Shown here one piece after another: positions 22,964 to 33,130 of a stretch of 64,000 nt of DNA (position 1 is the stretch's first letter; each line of letters starts with the position of its first letter). Origin of the DNA: an uncultured Synechococcaceae cyanobacterium (GTDB lineage: Bacteria; Cyanobacteriota; Cyanobacteriia; PCC-6307; Cyanobiaceae); assembly GCA_902570945.1 (NCBI GenBank), contig CACGAJ010000001.1, positions 3,256 through 67,255 of the forward strand. Direction: 5' to 3'. The position numbers and the translations under genes were made by a program. Below the pieces are notes generated by a model. The model saw nothing but the letters and a program-made list of their open reading frames with translations, had not been told where the DNA came from and did no database searches.

Positions 22964-23221
22964 CTACTTAGTTTTTAATTCCTTCAACAAAGATGATTCC
23001 ATGTCAAGGCAATCAATCGGAAGTCCTTGCCCAATGGCGATTAAAAGGGGTGCAAGAATTCCTAGAGTGAAAACTAAATTTGATTGGCTTACATCATATT
23101 TACTCAAGGTAAAAGTTATCAGATAAATAATTAAAAAATACGCATGTAGGGAAAAAAATTCTTTTGGCCTTAGGACTGGCCACCTTAAAGTATTTCCCAA
23201 GAAATATAAAAAACCTGTCAT
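22964..23221 (-). CDS. Conserved hypothetical membrane protein
   Basis: 85 aa with two hydrophobic segments. Confidence 0.7.
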   Translation of the reverse strand: MTGFLYFLGNTLRWPVLRPKEFFSLHAYFLIIYLITFTLSKYDVSQSNLVFTLGILAPLLIAIGQGLPIDCLDMESSLLKELKTK

Positions 23222-23371
23222 AAAAAAATAGTTAAATGAAGATTAAACCAAATATAAACATAATCCTTTTTAGGGACTATTTATAAAAAAATTTACCTAA
23301 GATAATAATTAAAAAAACATTAAAACTTCGTTTCTATTTGTAAAAGCTAGACATACCTAGGAAATTAAGCT

Positions 23372-23397
23372 TATAATAATTTTGTAGCAATAGCTAC
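23372..23397 (+). promoter_or_regulatory. -10 box with an NtcA site over the predicted start of transcription (repressive geometry)
   Basis: TATAAT at 23372-23377; GTA-GCAATAGC-TAC (GTA-N8-TAC) at 23384-23397. Confidence 0.8.
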
Positions 23398-23400
23398 TTT

Positions 23401-23460
23401 TTCGTTCACCCTCCTTGGAGGGCGCAGTTCGAGTCATACCATGGAACGGGGGATGGCCGT
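23401..23460 (+). ncRNA. Glutamine-II riboswitch (Downstream-peptide RNA motif)
   Basis: CGTTC-A-CCCTCC-TT-GGAGGG-CGCAG...ACCATG-GAACG-GGG: P1 CGTTC/GAACG plus P2 hairpin, directly upstream of a YRG-repeat peptide gene. Confidence 0.85.
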
Positions 23461-23476
23461 GTTGTCACATCGAATC

Positions 23477-23650
23477 ATGACTACTTTAACTTACAGAGGT
23501 AAAAACTACGTTCAAAACAAAGAAGTTGCTAAAAAGCAACTTGTTGAACTTACCTATAGAAGAAACGTATACACCAACAGAATGGATGACGCTTCTTCAA
23601 GTAATGAAAAAGCAGAATTAAATTACAGAGGTGTAAATTACACTAAATAA
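23477..23650 (+). CDS. DUF4278-family small protein (57 aa; IF17 N-terminus-like YRG repeats)
   Basis: MTTLTYRGKNY...LTYRRNVY...LNYRGVNYTK; the ORF-track start at 23441 lies inside the riboswitch. Confidence 0.85.
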   Translation: MTTLTYRGKNYVQNKEVAKKQLVELTYRRNVYTNRMDDASSSNEKAELNYRGVNYTK

Positions 23651-23666
23651 TTTAATTAAACAAATT

Positions 23667-23696
23667 AAAAGCCCCTTTTTCAGGGGCTTTTTTTTT
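23667..23696 (+). terminator. Rho-independent terminator
   Basis: AAAAGCCCCT-TTTTC-AGGGGCTTTT followed by a T run. Confidence 0.9.
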
Positions 23697-23727
23697 AGCT
23701 ATATTTATTGAGAGTCCTTTAATAAAT

Positions 23728-24522
23728 ATGTCTGAAAGTTGTTGTAATAAAAATACTTCGAATAAAGCATCTAATCAATTCGATCATAAAGATGCGATTC
23801 AAGAAAGATATGGTTCAGCCGCACTTGTAAAAGAAAGTTGTCTTTGTACACCAGTTGGGTTTAATCCCGTTTTACTTAAAGCAATTCCTCAAGAGGTTAT
23901 AGAAAGAGACTATGGATGTGGTGATCCAACAAAATATGTTCAAAAAAATGATATAGTCTTAGACCTTGGAAGTGGTAGTGGCAAAAATGCTTTTATTTGT
24001 GCCCAAATTGTTGGGAAAAAAGGGAAAGTTATTGGAGTTGATCAGAATCCTGACATGCTTTTTTTATCAAGATCAGCCTCTAAACAAGTTGCAAAAAATA
24101 TAGGTTTTAACAATACCGAATTTCTTGCAGGATCAATTGAAAAACTTGATGAATTAGATAAAGATTTAAATCCATTAATCGCCGACAAATCTGTTGATAT
24201 TATTTTAAGTAATTGCGTTTTAAACTTGGTAAGTCCAGAATCCAGAAATAACCTTCTAAGAAATATAAAAAGAGTTTTAAATGATAATGGAAGAGTTGCA
24301 ATTAGCGATATTGTCTCTAACAAAAAAGTTCCTTTAAGGTTGCAAAATGATCATGATCTTTGGACAGGATGTATTAGTGGAGCATGGTATGAACCAGACT
24401 TTATAAGTGATTTTAAAGAACTAGGATTTAAAAATTTAGAATTTGCAGAAAGGAGTGCTGAACCTTGGAAAGTAATTGAGGATATTGAATTTAGAACAGT
24501 AACTTTAGTTGGCAATATTTAA
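23728..24522 (+). CDS. ArsM-like arsenite S-adenosylmethionine methyltransferase
   Basis: YGCGDP, LDLGSGSG, ILSNCVLNL, WTGCISGA with the Cys pattern of ArsM proteins. Confidence 0.7.
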   Translation: MSESCCNKNTSNKASNQFDHKDAIQERYGSAALVKESCLCTPVGFNPVLLKAIPQEVIERDYGCGDPTKYVQKNDIVLDLGSGSGKNAFICAQIVGKKGKVIGVDQNPDMLFLSRSASKQVAKNIGFNNTEFLAGSIEKLDELDKDLNPLIADKSVDIILSNCVLNLVSPESRNNLLRNIKRVLNDNGRVAISDIVSNKKVPLRLQNDHDLWTGCISGAWYEPDFISDFKELGFKNLEFAERSAEPWKVIEDIEFRTVTLVGNI

Positions 24523-24558
24523 AAAATTCAACAGTTTAAAAAGATAATTTAAATTTCC

Positions 24559-25734
24559 ATGAGAAATAATTTAAGAGATCAAATACCAGCATTAAAAAAT
24601 AAGTATTATTTCAACTATGGAGGTCAAGGACCATTACCAAAATCTTCCTTAGATGCGATTATTAAAACTTGGGAAATTATCCAAGATTTAGGACCATTTA
24701 CTAATAATATGTGGCCTTTTATTTACGAAGAAATATTGACCACAAAAAGAATCATTGCACAAAAATTAGGTGTAAATTCAAAGAATATAGCTTTAACAGA
24801 GAATATCTCTTCCGGTATGATTTTGCCCTTTTGGGGAATAAAAGTAGAAGAGGGAGAAGAGCTTTTAATAAGTGACTGTGAACATCCTGGAGTAGTAGCT
24901 GCAAGTAGAGAATTTTGCAGAAGAAATAAATTAATATTCAAAATTTTGCCAATCCAAACAATTAAAAATCTAAACGACGAAAATATAATTTTAGAGGTTT
25001 TGAAAAATCTAAATAGTAAAACTAAGATACTAATTATTTCTCATATTTTATGGAACTATGGATATAAAATTCCTTTAAAACAAATTTCTATCGAATTAAA
25101 AAATAATCGAGAAAATTCTTATCTACTTGTTGATGGTGCTCAAACCTTTGGGCACATAAAAATTGAAGAAGAAGTTTTTTATTCTGATTTATACTCAATA
25201 ACTTCCCATAAGTGGGCATGTGGACCAGAAGGACTTGGAGCCATTTATGTCTCAGATAGATTTATTCATGAAACAGATCCAACAATAATTGGTTGGAAAT
25301 CTTTAAAAAAAGAACAAGGCATTTATGAGCCTTCAGATAATCTTTTTCATGATGATGCAAGGAAGTTTGAAGTAGCTACCTCTTGTATTCCTTTACTTGC
25401 AGGGCTGCGTAATTCTTTAGATCTTTTAGATAAAGACTGCTCTGAAAAAGAAAAAAGCGAACATATCAAAAGATTAAGTAATAAACTTTGGGATGAATTA
25501 AATCAATTAAAAGAACTCGAATTAGTTTTAGAAAAAAAATACTTAAATGGGATAGTTAGTTTTAATATTGAAAATATCAAAGATAAGTATAAATTTGTGA
25601 AGGGACTTGGAGAAAAAAAAATTTGGATTAGAGTTTTAGAAGATCCAAAATGGTTTAGAGCATGCATACATCAAATGACAACAGAAGCTGAGCTGGATTT
25701 ACTTTCTAAAGGAATAAAAAAAATATTGACTTAA
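24559..25734 (+). CDS. Class V aminotransferase, L-cysteine/cystine lyase (C-DES)-like
   Basis: YFNYGGQGP, DCEHPG, VDGAQ, TSHKWACGPEGLG. Confidence 0.85.
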   Translation: MRNNLRDQIPALKNKYYFNYGGQGPLPKSSLDAIIKTWEIIQDLGPFTNNMWPFIYEEILTTKRIIAQKLGVNSKNIALTENISSGMILPFWGIKVEEGEELLISDCEHPGVVAASREFCRRNKLIFKILPIQTIKNLNDENIILEVLKNLNSKTKILIISHILWNYGYKIPLKQISIELKNNRENSYLLVDGAQTFGHIKIEEEVFYSDLYSITSHKWACGPEGLGAIYVSDRFIHETDPTIIGWKSLKKEQGIYEPSDNLFHDDARKFEVATSCIPLLAGLRNSLDLLDKDCSEKEKSEHIKRLSNKLWDELNQLKELELVLEKKYLNGIVSFNIENIKDKYKFVKGLGEKKIWIRVLEDPKWFRACIHQMTTEAELDLLSKGIKKILT

Positions 25735-25764
25735 AGATCTACTGATAGAAAGATAAAATTTATT

Positions 25765-26469
25765 TTACCAAGGTATCTCAGAACTGTCCCATGCAATAAA
25801 TTTTCCAGTAGATGCTGGAGTTTGATTTTTAATAATATTGATTAAAAATTGGGATGATTTTTCTTTACTAAATAATTTATTCTCTGGAACAAATTTATGA
25901 AAAGGTCTTGATAAATCAGTATTTACTGTTCCTGGATGAAGCAATGTAATAGTAGCCTTTGGAAAACGTCTAGACCACTCAATACTTAAAGATTTAAAAA
26001 ACTGATTTTGGGCAGATTTTGCAGCTCTATATGAATACCATCCTCCAGTTTGATTATCTCCAATACTTCCTACTCTTGCACTTATACTTGCAAAATTAAA
26101 ATCAAAATCTTTTGGTATAAATTCTTCAATAGTTTTAGCTAATAAAATAGGAGAAAAGGCATTTATTGAAAAACTTTCCATCATATTTTTTTTATCAAGA
26201 TGTTGTAATCTTTTTTCTGGTTGAAGAGAATCACTATGAAGTCTACCTGTAGCATTAACAACTAGCCTTAATTTTGAAGGATGATTTGATATTTTATTTT
26301 TTAACTGCAAAAGGGATTGAGAATCTTCTATATCTAATTCCCAAAAAGAATTAAATTCACTTTTTCTTCCACATAAAACAACATCTAAGCCTTTTTCACT
26401 TACACTCAAATCTTTAGCTATTTGCGTTCCAATTCCACCTGCGCCTACAACTAAGGCTAAGCCTTTCAT
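25765..26469 (-). CDS. Short-chain dehydrogenase (CsgA/C-factor-like)
   Basis: GAGGIG, SARVGSIGDN..GGWYSYRAAK, LHPGTV.TDLS. Confidence 0.88.
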   Translation of the reverse strand: MKGLALVVGAGGIGTQIAKDLSVSEKGLDVVLCGRKSEFNSFWELDIEDSQSLLQLKNKISNHPSKLRLVVNATGRLHSDSLQPEKRLQHLDKKNMMESFSINAFSPILLAKTIEEFIPKDFDFNFASISARVGSIGDNQTGGWYSYRAAKSAQNQFFKSLSIEWSRRFPKATITLLHPGTVNTDLSRPFHKFVPENKLFSKEKSSQFLINIIKNQTPASTGKFIAWDSSEIPW

Positions 26470-26551
26470 TTTTTTAAAAATAACTCCATATTATTCTAAG
26501 AAACTTTTCTTGTGACTTGCGTAAAGATCTTTCTTATTTGATTAGGAAATT

Positions 26552-28087
26552 TTATTGAGATTTACTTTTTTCTTTTAATAATTTATGAGCTATTTTTCTA
26601 TCATCAAAATTAATAACTTTTCCATTTAGGATTTGGTAGTCTTCATGTCCTTTTCCTGCAATTAAAACAATATCTTCTTTATTGGCAAATTTAATAGATT
26701 CATTTATTGCTTTAAATCTATCAATCTCAATTGTTATTTTTTCTCTTTTTTTTATACCCATCAAAATATCATTTACTATCTTTTGGGGTTCTTCTGATCT
26801 TGGATTATCTGAAGTTATAAAAAGTTGATCAGAAAACTCTTCAGCTATTGATCCCATTAAAGGCCTTTTACTACGATCTCGATCTCCGCCACAGCCAAAA
26901 ACAGTTATGAGTTTCCCTTTACAAAGTTTTTTAATTGATTGCAAAACTTTTTTTAGTCCATCAGGTGTGTGGGCATAATCAACAATTACTGTTGGAAGTG
27001 ATTTTAAAACTACATCATTATCAATTTGTATTTTCTCCATTCTCCCAGGAGCACCAGGGAAAGATTGTATTAACTTTGATAGATCTTTTAAAGAAAAATT
27101 AAGTTTATACAAAATTGTTATTGCTTGAATCGCATTCATTAAATTAAATTCACCCACAAGTGGAACAAAAAGTTGAATTTTTTCCCTAGGTGTATGAAAA
27201 ATACAGGTGGAACCACTTTCAGTAAATTTTTTATCTGTTACGAAAAAAAAATCATCATTGTCAAATTCACTTTCAGTAATCTTTGTAGAGACTAATGAAG
27301 AATTTTTTTCAAGATCAGATGATAATTTAGATATCCAATGGTCATCATGATTTAATACACAAATTCCATCTTTTTCTTTTAGGTAAGGTGGGAAAAATAA
27401 TTTTCTTTTTGTTTGAAAATAAGATTCCATATTTGAGTGATAATCAAGATGATCTTGAGTTAAATTAGTAAAAATAGCCGCCTCGAATTCGCATCCTGAT
27501 ATCCTGTTTTGGGCAATAGAATGAGAACTTACCTCTAATATCGCGAATTCAGATTCTGCCTCAACAGCAGCATTTAATTTCTTTTGCAGTTTATCGGCGA
27601 AATCTGTTGTATGAGAAGCCACTTCTGAGAAGCCAGGCCATCTATTAAACAAGGTCCCAAATAATGCAGTCTTTTTCCCTAATTTTTTTAAAAGATATTC
27701 CAATAAAAAAGTAATTGTAGTTTTCCCATTTGTACCAGTAACACCAATAAGTTTAAGTTTTCTTGAAGGCTTATTCCAAAACTCAGCGACAATTTGACCA
27801 AAAATATAATCTAAATTATCCTCAATAACTAAAATCCTTTCTCGATCAATAGATCCAATTTTCTCTTTTGCAACAGACCCAATAATGGCAGCCTCCGCGC
27901 CATTTTCAATTGCCTCAATACAAAATTTTCCTCCATCAACATTTAAACCAGGCATACCTAAAAATAAAGTTCCTTTTTTTGCCTCTTTAGAGTTAAAAGA
28001 AATATTATTGATTTCATTATCTATTAACTCTAAAGAAGGAATAATTCCTACCATATCTAAAAGTTTGTGTAATTTTATAGATCTCAT
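26552..28087 (-). CDS. murE: UDP-MurNAc-tripeptide synthetase
   Basis: GVTGTNGKTT, EVSSH, NLTQDHLDYH, VDYAHTPD, DNPR, AGKGHE. Confidence 0.97.
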   Translation of the reverse strand: MRSIKLHKLLDMVGIIPSLELIDNEINNISFNSKEAKKGTLFLGMPGLNVDGGKFCIEAIENGAEAAIIGSVAKEKIGSIDRERILVIEDNLDYIFGQIVAEFWNKPSRKLKLIGVTGTNGKTTITFLLEYLLKKLGKKTALFGTLFNRWPGFSEVASHTTDFADKLQKKLNAAVEAESEFAILEVSSHSIAQNRISGCEFEAAIFTNLTQDHLDYHSNMESYFQTKRKLFFPPYLKEKDGICVLNHDDHWISKLSSDLEKNSSLVSTKITESEFDNDDFFFVTDKKFTESGSTCIFHTPREKIQLFVPLVGEFNLMNAIQAITILYKLNFSLKDLSKLIQSFPGAPGRMEKIQIDNDVVLKSLPTVIVDYAHTPDGLKKVLQSIKKLCKGKLITVFGCGGDRDRSKRPLMGSIAEEFSDQLFITSDNPRSEEPQKIVNDILMGIKKREKITIEIDRFKAINESIKFANKEDIVLIAGKGHEDYQILNGKVINFDDRKIAHKLLKEKSKSQ

Positions 28088-28096
28088 ATAAAAAAA

Positions 28097-28399
28097 TTAT
28101 TTCTCCAGAATGGTACTAATATTTTTTTGAAACCAATTCTTTAATTGATCATCTTTTAATCTTGGAGAAATGCGAGGCAATTCAATAATCTCCTCGGACC
28201 TAATTCTTTTAATAGCGATAACAGGAACTTCATAATCATATTTTTTATATTTATCTTTATATAAATCGACCCTATCAATATCAATTTCTTTAAGCTCCTC
28301 TAGATTAGGGAATAACTCATTAAGATTTATTTTTGCCAGTTTGTTTTTTAATGAATCACAAAGGCAACATCCCTGCCTAACAAAAATAAATATTTTCAT
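28097..28399 (-). CDS. Glutaredoxin-like protein (DUF836)
   Basis: RQGCCLC, YDYEVPV, LPRISPR. Confidence 0.8.
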   Translation of the reverse strand: MKIFIFVRQGCCLCDSLKNKLAKINLNELFPNLEELKEIDIDRVDLYKDKYKKYDYEVPVIAIKRIRSEEIIELPRISPRLKDDQLKNWFQKNISTILEK

Positions 28400-28403
28400 T
28401 TAT

Positions 28404-28640
28404 TTAGTCAGGCACAGGGTCACATCCACAGGGAGTTAAAGGATGACATCTGCTTAATCTTCTTAAAGTTAACCACCCTCCTTTCCAAGGACCATGTCTA
28501 GTAATTGCCTCATATCCATAAGAGCTGCAACTTGGAATAAATCTGCATCTTGGTCCAAAAAAAGGAGAAAACCACTTTTGATAAAACGAAATCATAAAAA
28601 GAAGTATAGAAGTAATTGATTTATTAATAGTTTTGAACAC
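28404..28640 (-). CDS. yidD: Membrane protein insertion efficiency factor
   Basis: CRFIPSCS.Y..EAI..HG..KG...RLSRCHP...GCDPVP. Confidence 0.93.
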   Translation of the reverse strand: MFKTINKSITSILLFMISFYQKWFSPFFGPRCRFIPSCSSYGYEAITRHGPWKGGWLTLRRLSRCHPLTPCGCDPVPD

Positions 28641-28735
28641 TTTAATGATGTAAAATAATATTTCAAGTAGTAATTAGTTTAATTGAATTTAATCAATTAT
28701 CCAATTTATTGCAATTTTCTATTTAATTTAAAACT

Positions 28736-29344
28736 ATGTCAAGATACCGCGGCCCCAGATTAAGGGTTACGCGTCGCTTGGGAGAACTACCAGGTCTCAC
28801 CAGGAAAGCTTCAAAGAAGTCCAATCCTCCAGGTCAGCACGGCCAAGCCCGTCGCAAGCGATCAGAATATGCAATTCGTCTAGAAGAAAAGCAGAAACTT
28901 AGGTTTAATTATGGAGTTTCTGAAAAACAACTAGTACGTTATGTAAAAAAAGCTAGAGCTCAAGAAGGATCTACAGGAACTAACCTACTAAGACTTTTAG
29001 AAAACAGACTTGATAATGTTTGTTTTAGATTAGGTTTTGGAGGTACCATTCCAGGATCAAGACAATTAGTAAATCATGGCCATGTAACCGTTAATGGAAA
29101 GGTTCTTGATATTGCTGGTTATCAATGCAAATCAGGCGATGTAATCGGAATTAAAGAAAACAAAGCAAGCAAAAAACTTGTAGAAGGTAATATAGAATTC
29201 CCTGGTTTAGCAAATGTCCCACCTCATCTTGATTTAGACAAACCTAAATTAACGGGGAAAATAAATGGAAAATGTGATAGAGAGTGGGTGGCTCTTGAAA
29301 TAAACGAACTACTAGTTGTTGAATACTATTCAAGAAAAGTTTAA
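28736..29344 (+). CDS. rpsD: 30S ribosomal protein S4
   Basis: [31 protein letters not shown]. Confidence 0.99.
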   Translation: MSRYRGPRLRVTRRLGELPGLTRKASKKSNPPGQHGQARRKRSEYAIRLEEKQKLRFNYGVSEKQLVRYVKKARAQEGSTGTNLLRLLENRLDNVCFRLGFGGTIPGSRQLVNHGHVTVNGKVLDIAGYQCKSGDVIGIKENKASKKLVEGNIEFPGLANVPPHLDLDKPKLTGKINGKCDREWVALEINELLVVEYYSRKV

Positions 29345-29363
29345 TACTACTTTTCTTTAGATT

Positions 29364-29397
29364 ATTAAATCTCTCATTTTTAAAAGAGAGATTTAAT
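29364..29397 (+). terminator. Hairpin downstream of rpsD
   Basis: ATTAAATCTCTC-N10-GAGAGATTTAAT inverted repeat. Confidence 0.5.
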
Positions 29398-29419
29398 TTA
29401 ATTCTTATTTTTAAAAATA

Positions 29420-30583
29420 ATGGGAAATAAGGAAAATAATATAAAAAAGCCAGGTTTTAAGACCTTATCTATTCACCATGGGGAAACATTTGCAGAAGAA
29501 ACCGGATGCGTTATGCCTCCTATTTTTTCTACATCAACTTTCAAACATGGAAATAAAGATAATTTCGACTACACCAGATCAGGCAATCCGAACTTTAGAA
29601 TTCTAGAAAATATCCTTAAATCAATAGAAGATACTAAATATTGTACAGTTTTTGGATCTGGAATTAGTGCGGTAACTGCAATCTCATCAACACTAAAATC
29701 AGGGGACAAGATACTCTGCGAGTCAAATCTCTATGGTTGTACAGTGAGGATGTTCGAAAAAGTTTTCAAGAAATTTGGACTAGAAGTTTTATACACAGAT
29801 TTTACAAACGAAAATAATATCAAAAAGATTTCAAACTTTGAGCCAACCTTGATATGGCTAGAAAGTCCAACTAATCCACTTTTGAAGGTACTTGATATTA
29901 AGGCGATTTGTGATGAAGCGAATAAGCTACAAATCCCAGTAGTTGTGGACAACACCTTTTCTACGGCACTTATTCAAAAACCATTGGACCTTGGTGCAAC
30001 ACTATCACTGGTAAGCACAACAAAATTCATTAATGGACATAGTGATGCACTTGGTGGAGCAGTACTGACAAATAATGAGGTATGGAATAGTAAGATGCTT
30101 TTCTCTCAAAAAGCTCTAGGGCTTCAACCATCTCCTTTTGATAGTTGGCTCATTACGAGAGGAGTAAAAACTCTTCCATTAAGAATCGAACAACAAACGC
30201 AAAGTGCAAAATTAATTTCTGAAGAATTAGAGAATCATAAAATAATTAGTAAATTAATTTATCCTTTTAATCAAAAACATCCACAATTTAATTTAGCAAA
30301 ATCGCAAATGAGATCTGGAGGTTCGATGATCACCCTAAAATTAAATCTTAAGAAAGAGGATACTTTTAAATTTTGCAAATCTCTCAAATATTTCTCGCTA
30401 GCAGAAAGCCTTGGAGGAGTTGAAAGTTTAATTTGTCACCCCGCAACAATGACTCATGCTTCTGTTGATGATGAAACAAAAAATATTTTAGGGATAGATG
30501 ATGCTCTTGTCAGATTATCGATTGGATGTGAAGAAACAAACGATTTAATCTCAGACATATTATTTGCTTTAAATAAATTCTGA
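29420..30583 (+). CDS. metB: Cystathionine gamma-synthase/lyase (Cys/Met metabolism PLP enzyme)
   Basis: YTRSGNP, ESPTNP, VVDNTF, STTKFINGHSD, LAESLGGVESL. Confidence 0.8.
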   Translation: MGNKENNIKKPGFKTLSIHHGETFAEETGCVMPPIFSTSTFKHGNKDNFDYTRSGNPNFRILENILKSIEDTKYCTVFGSGISAVTAISSTLKSGDKILCESNLYGCTVRMFEKVFKKFGLEVLYTDFTNENNIKKISNFEPTLIWLESPTNPLLKVLDIKAICDEANKLQIPVVVDNTFSTALIQKPLDLGATLSLVSTTKFINGHSDALGGAVLTNNEVWNSKMLFSQKALGLQPSPFDSWLITRGVKTLPLRIEQQTQSAKLISEELENHKIISKLIYPFNQKHPQFNLAKSQMRSGGSMITLKLNLKKEDTFKFCKSLKYFSLAESLGGVESLICHPATMTHASVDDETKNILGIDDALVRLSIGCEETNDLISDILFALNKF

Positions 30584-30586
30584 AAA

Positions 30587-32056
30587 TTGAGAGATTTACT
30601 TAAAAACCCTATATGGAAAAATTTAGAGTTGGGATATTCTATTCCTGATAGTATTCATGCTGTTTCTGTAGCATTACCAACTTGGAATGATGTAATAAAT
30701 TACGAGGAAAAAAATCAAGAATGCATGAATTTATTGAAGTCCATTTACCCAAGATTTGGTCTAAACCCCATAGTGAAAAGATTATGCGAAAAAATAAAAA
30801 AGGAAAATTACTACAACAATAAAAGTATCTGGCCATATCCGAATGAAAGCATAGCTTTTAAAGCAAAAAAATACATTGACATAAATACTTCTGAAGAATT
30901 CTCATTAATTGAAAAAAGAGATAATTTAGCTTTCTTAATAACTGAAAAAGAAGGAAGTATTTATGCAAAATCTTTTTGGCAACATACTGGTCTAGGTATA
31001 TCTTCAAGGACTGCTGCAATAGAACTAGGTCTTGAAGACTGCCCTCCAAAATCTTATGTAAATGAATGTTCTCAAAGAGTAAAAAATAGAATTTCTAAAT
31101 CTACAAAAATTAACTCTAATGATATTCACTTAACTTCATCTGGAATGTCTGCATTGCATACATCATTAGAAATTATATATAAATTATTTCCAGCTAAACC
31201 AACACTCCAAATTGGTTTTCCATATGTAGATGTACTTAAATTACCAATGAATATCTTTCATGGAGCGAAGTTAATTACAGAAGAAAATTGCGAGGATATT
31301 GAATTAGAAATCAAAAGAATAAATCCATCAGCATTAATTATTGAACTACCGAGTAATCCAATGCTCAAATGTGTAAACATTAAAAAAATCTCAAAAATTG
31401 CAAAAAAGTTAAATATTCCCTTAATTGTTGATGATACAATCGGTTCAAATTTAAATATAAATTCCTTAGAACATTCAGATATAGTTTTTACTTCACTTAC
31501 AAAAATTTTTTCAGGTAGTGGTGATATTCTTGCCGGATCATTAATACTAAATCCAAAAAGCAAATGGATTGATCAATTTAGAAATGCATTGAACGAGATT
31601 AATCTTCCAACACTTTCTGATGGAGATACAGTTTATCTAGAGAAAGTAAGTAGAGATGTAAATCAAAGAGTTTTTGAACAAAATAAAGCATGTTTAGAAT
31701 TAAAAAAACGATTAGAGACCCATAGCGAGATTAAAAATATTTTCCATCCTGAAAATTGTCCAAATTTTAATTCTTTACTCACTTCTGATGGAGGATACGG
31801 CTGCTTATTATCGTTTGAATTAAATGGAGGATTGAACAAAGCTAAAAAATTTTACGATTCTCTACAAGTATCTAAAGGACCTAGTTTAGGTACAAAATTT
31901 ACTCTAGTTTGTCCTTATGTTTTACTAGCTCATTATGACGAGTTGGATTGGGCTGAAAGTTTTGGTATACCCACGCACCTTATTAGAGTATCAGTTGGAT
32001 TAGAAGACCAAGATCAATTATGGAAAAGCTTTTCTGAAGCACTCAATAATTTCTAA
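30587..32056 (+). CDS. PLP-dependent transferase, cystathionine gamma-synthase-like
   Basis: HAVSVALPTW, YPRF, SSGM, ELPSNP, DDTIG, SLTKIFSG, KGPSLG. Confidence 0.8.
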   Translation: MRDLLKNPIWKNLELGYSIPDSIHAVSVALPTWNDVINYEEKNQECMNLLKSIYPRFGLNPIVKRLCEKIKKENYYNNKSIWPYPNESIAFKAKKYIDINTSEEFSLIEKRDNLAFLITEKEGSIYAKSFWQHTGLGISSRTAAIELGLEDCPPKSYVNECSQRVKNRISKSTKINSNDIHLTSSGMSALHTSLEIIYKLFPAKPTLQIGFPYVDVLKLPMNIFHGAKLITEENCEDIELEIKRINPSALIIELPSNPMLKCVNIKKISKIAKKLNIPLIVDDTIGSNLNINSLEHSDIVFTSLTKIFSGSGDILAGSLILNPKSKWIDQFRNALNEINLPTLSDGDTVYLEKVSRDVNQRVFEQNKACLELKKRLETHSEIKNIFHPENCPNFNSLLTSDGGYGCLLSFELNGGLNKAKKFYDSLQVSKGPSLGTKFTLVCPYVLLAHYDELDWAESFGIPTHLIRVSVGLEDQDQLWKSFSEALNNF

Positions 32057-32141
32057 ATTCTTAGTATTTACCGTATAGAAACTTATATACTCTTTTTCTG
32101 AATATGTAGTTAATATTAATATATATTTTCTCAATATATAA

Positions 32142-33128
32142 ATGGCAAAAATTTATGAGGACAACAGTTTTGCTATTGGAAACACTCCATTAGTAAAATT
32201 AAAATCAGTTACTAAAAACGCAAAAGCTACAGTACTTGCAAAAATTGAAGGTAGAAACCCCGCTTATAGTGTCAAATGTAGGATTGGCGCAAACATGATC
32301 TGGGATGCAGAGAAAAGTGGGAAGCTTACAAAAGACAAAACTATTGTTGAGCCAACTTCTGGAAATACAGGAATTGCTCTAGCTTTTACTGCTTCAGCAA
32401 GAGGTTATAAACTCATCCTTACAATGCCAGAATCTATGTCAATTGAGAGAAGAAGGGTTATGGCAGTGTTGGGTGCTGAAATTGTTTTAACAGAAGCATC
32501 TAAAGGTATGCCTGGAGCAATAGCTAAGGCTAAAGAAATTGCCGAAAGTAATCCATCTCAATATTTCATGCCAGGTCAATTTGATAACCCAGCAAACCCT
32601 GAAATTCATTTCAAAACTACTGGACCAGAAATCTGGGATGATTGTGATGGTGAAATTGATGTCCTAGTTGCAGGCGTTGGAACTGGCGGCACAATTACAG
32701 GAGTTTCAAGATACATTAAGCAAGAGAAGGGAAAGAATATCACTTCTGTAGCTGTAGAACCATCACACAGTCCTGTTATTACACAGACAATTAATGGAGA
32801 AGAGGTTAAATCTGGACCACATAAAATTCAAGGAATTGGAGCAGGATTTATTCCTAAGAACCTTGACTTATCAATTGTTGATAAGGTTGAACAAGTAACA
32901 AATGACGAATCAATCGAGATGGCTCTTAGATTAGCTAAAGAGGAAGGCCTATTAGTAGGAATATCTTGTGGAGCTGCTGCTGCTGCTGCTGTTAGATTAG
33001 CTGAGCAAGATGAATATGCGGGGAAAACAATTGTAGTTGTTCTACCTGATTTGGCAGAGAGATATTTATCATCAATTATGTTTAATGAAGTTCCAAGCGG
33101 AATCATTCAAGAACCAGTCAAAGCTTAA
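32142..33128 (+). CDS. cysK: Cysteine synthase A
   Basis: [38 protein letters not shown]. Confidence 0.96.
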   Translation: MAKIYEDNSFAIGNTPLVKLKSVTKNAKATVLAKIEGRNPAYSVKCRIGANMIWDAEKSGKLTKDKTIVEPTSGNTGIALAFTASARGYKLILTMPESMSIERRRVMAVLGAEIVLTEASKGMPGAIAKAKEIAESNPSQYFMPGQFDNPANPEIHFKTTGPEIWDDCDGEIDVLVAGVGTGGTITGVSRYIKQEKGKNITSVAVEPSHSPVITQTINGEEVKSGPHKIQGIGAGFIPKNLDLSIVDKVEQVTNDESIEMALRLAKEEGLLVGISCGAAAAAAVRLAEQDEYAGKTIVVVLPDLAERYLSSIMFNEVPSGIIQEPVKA

Positions 33129-33130
33129 AT

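Noticed and set aside
23441-23476. N-terminal extension MERGMAVLSHRI of the DUF4278 ORF
   Set aside because: The ATG lies within the riboswitch; the family-like start is MTTLTYRG at 23477
32971-32990. (GCT)n run in cysK
   Set aside because: Encodes the normal poly-Ala helix GAAAAAAV, not a contingency repeat
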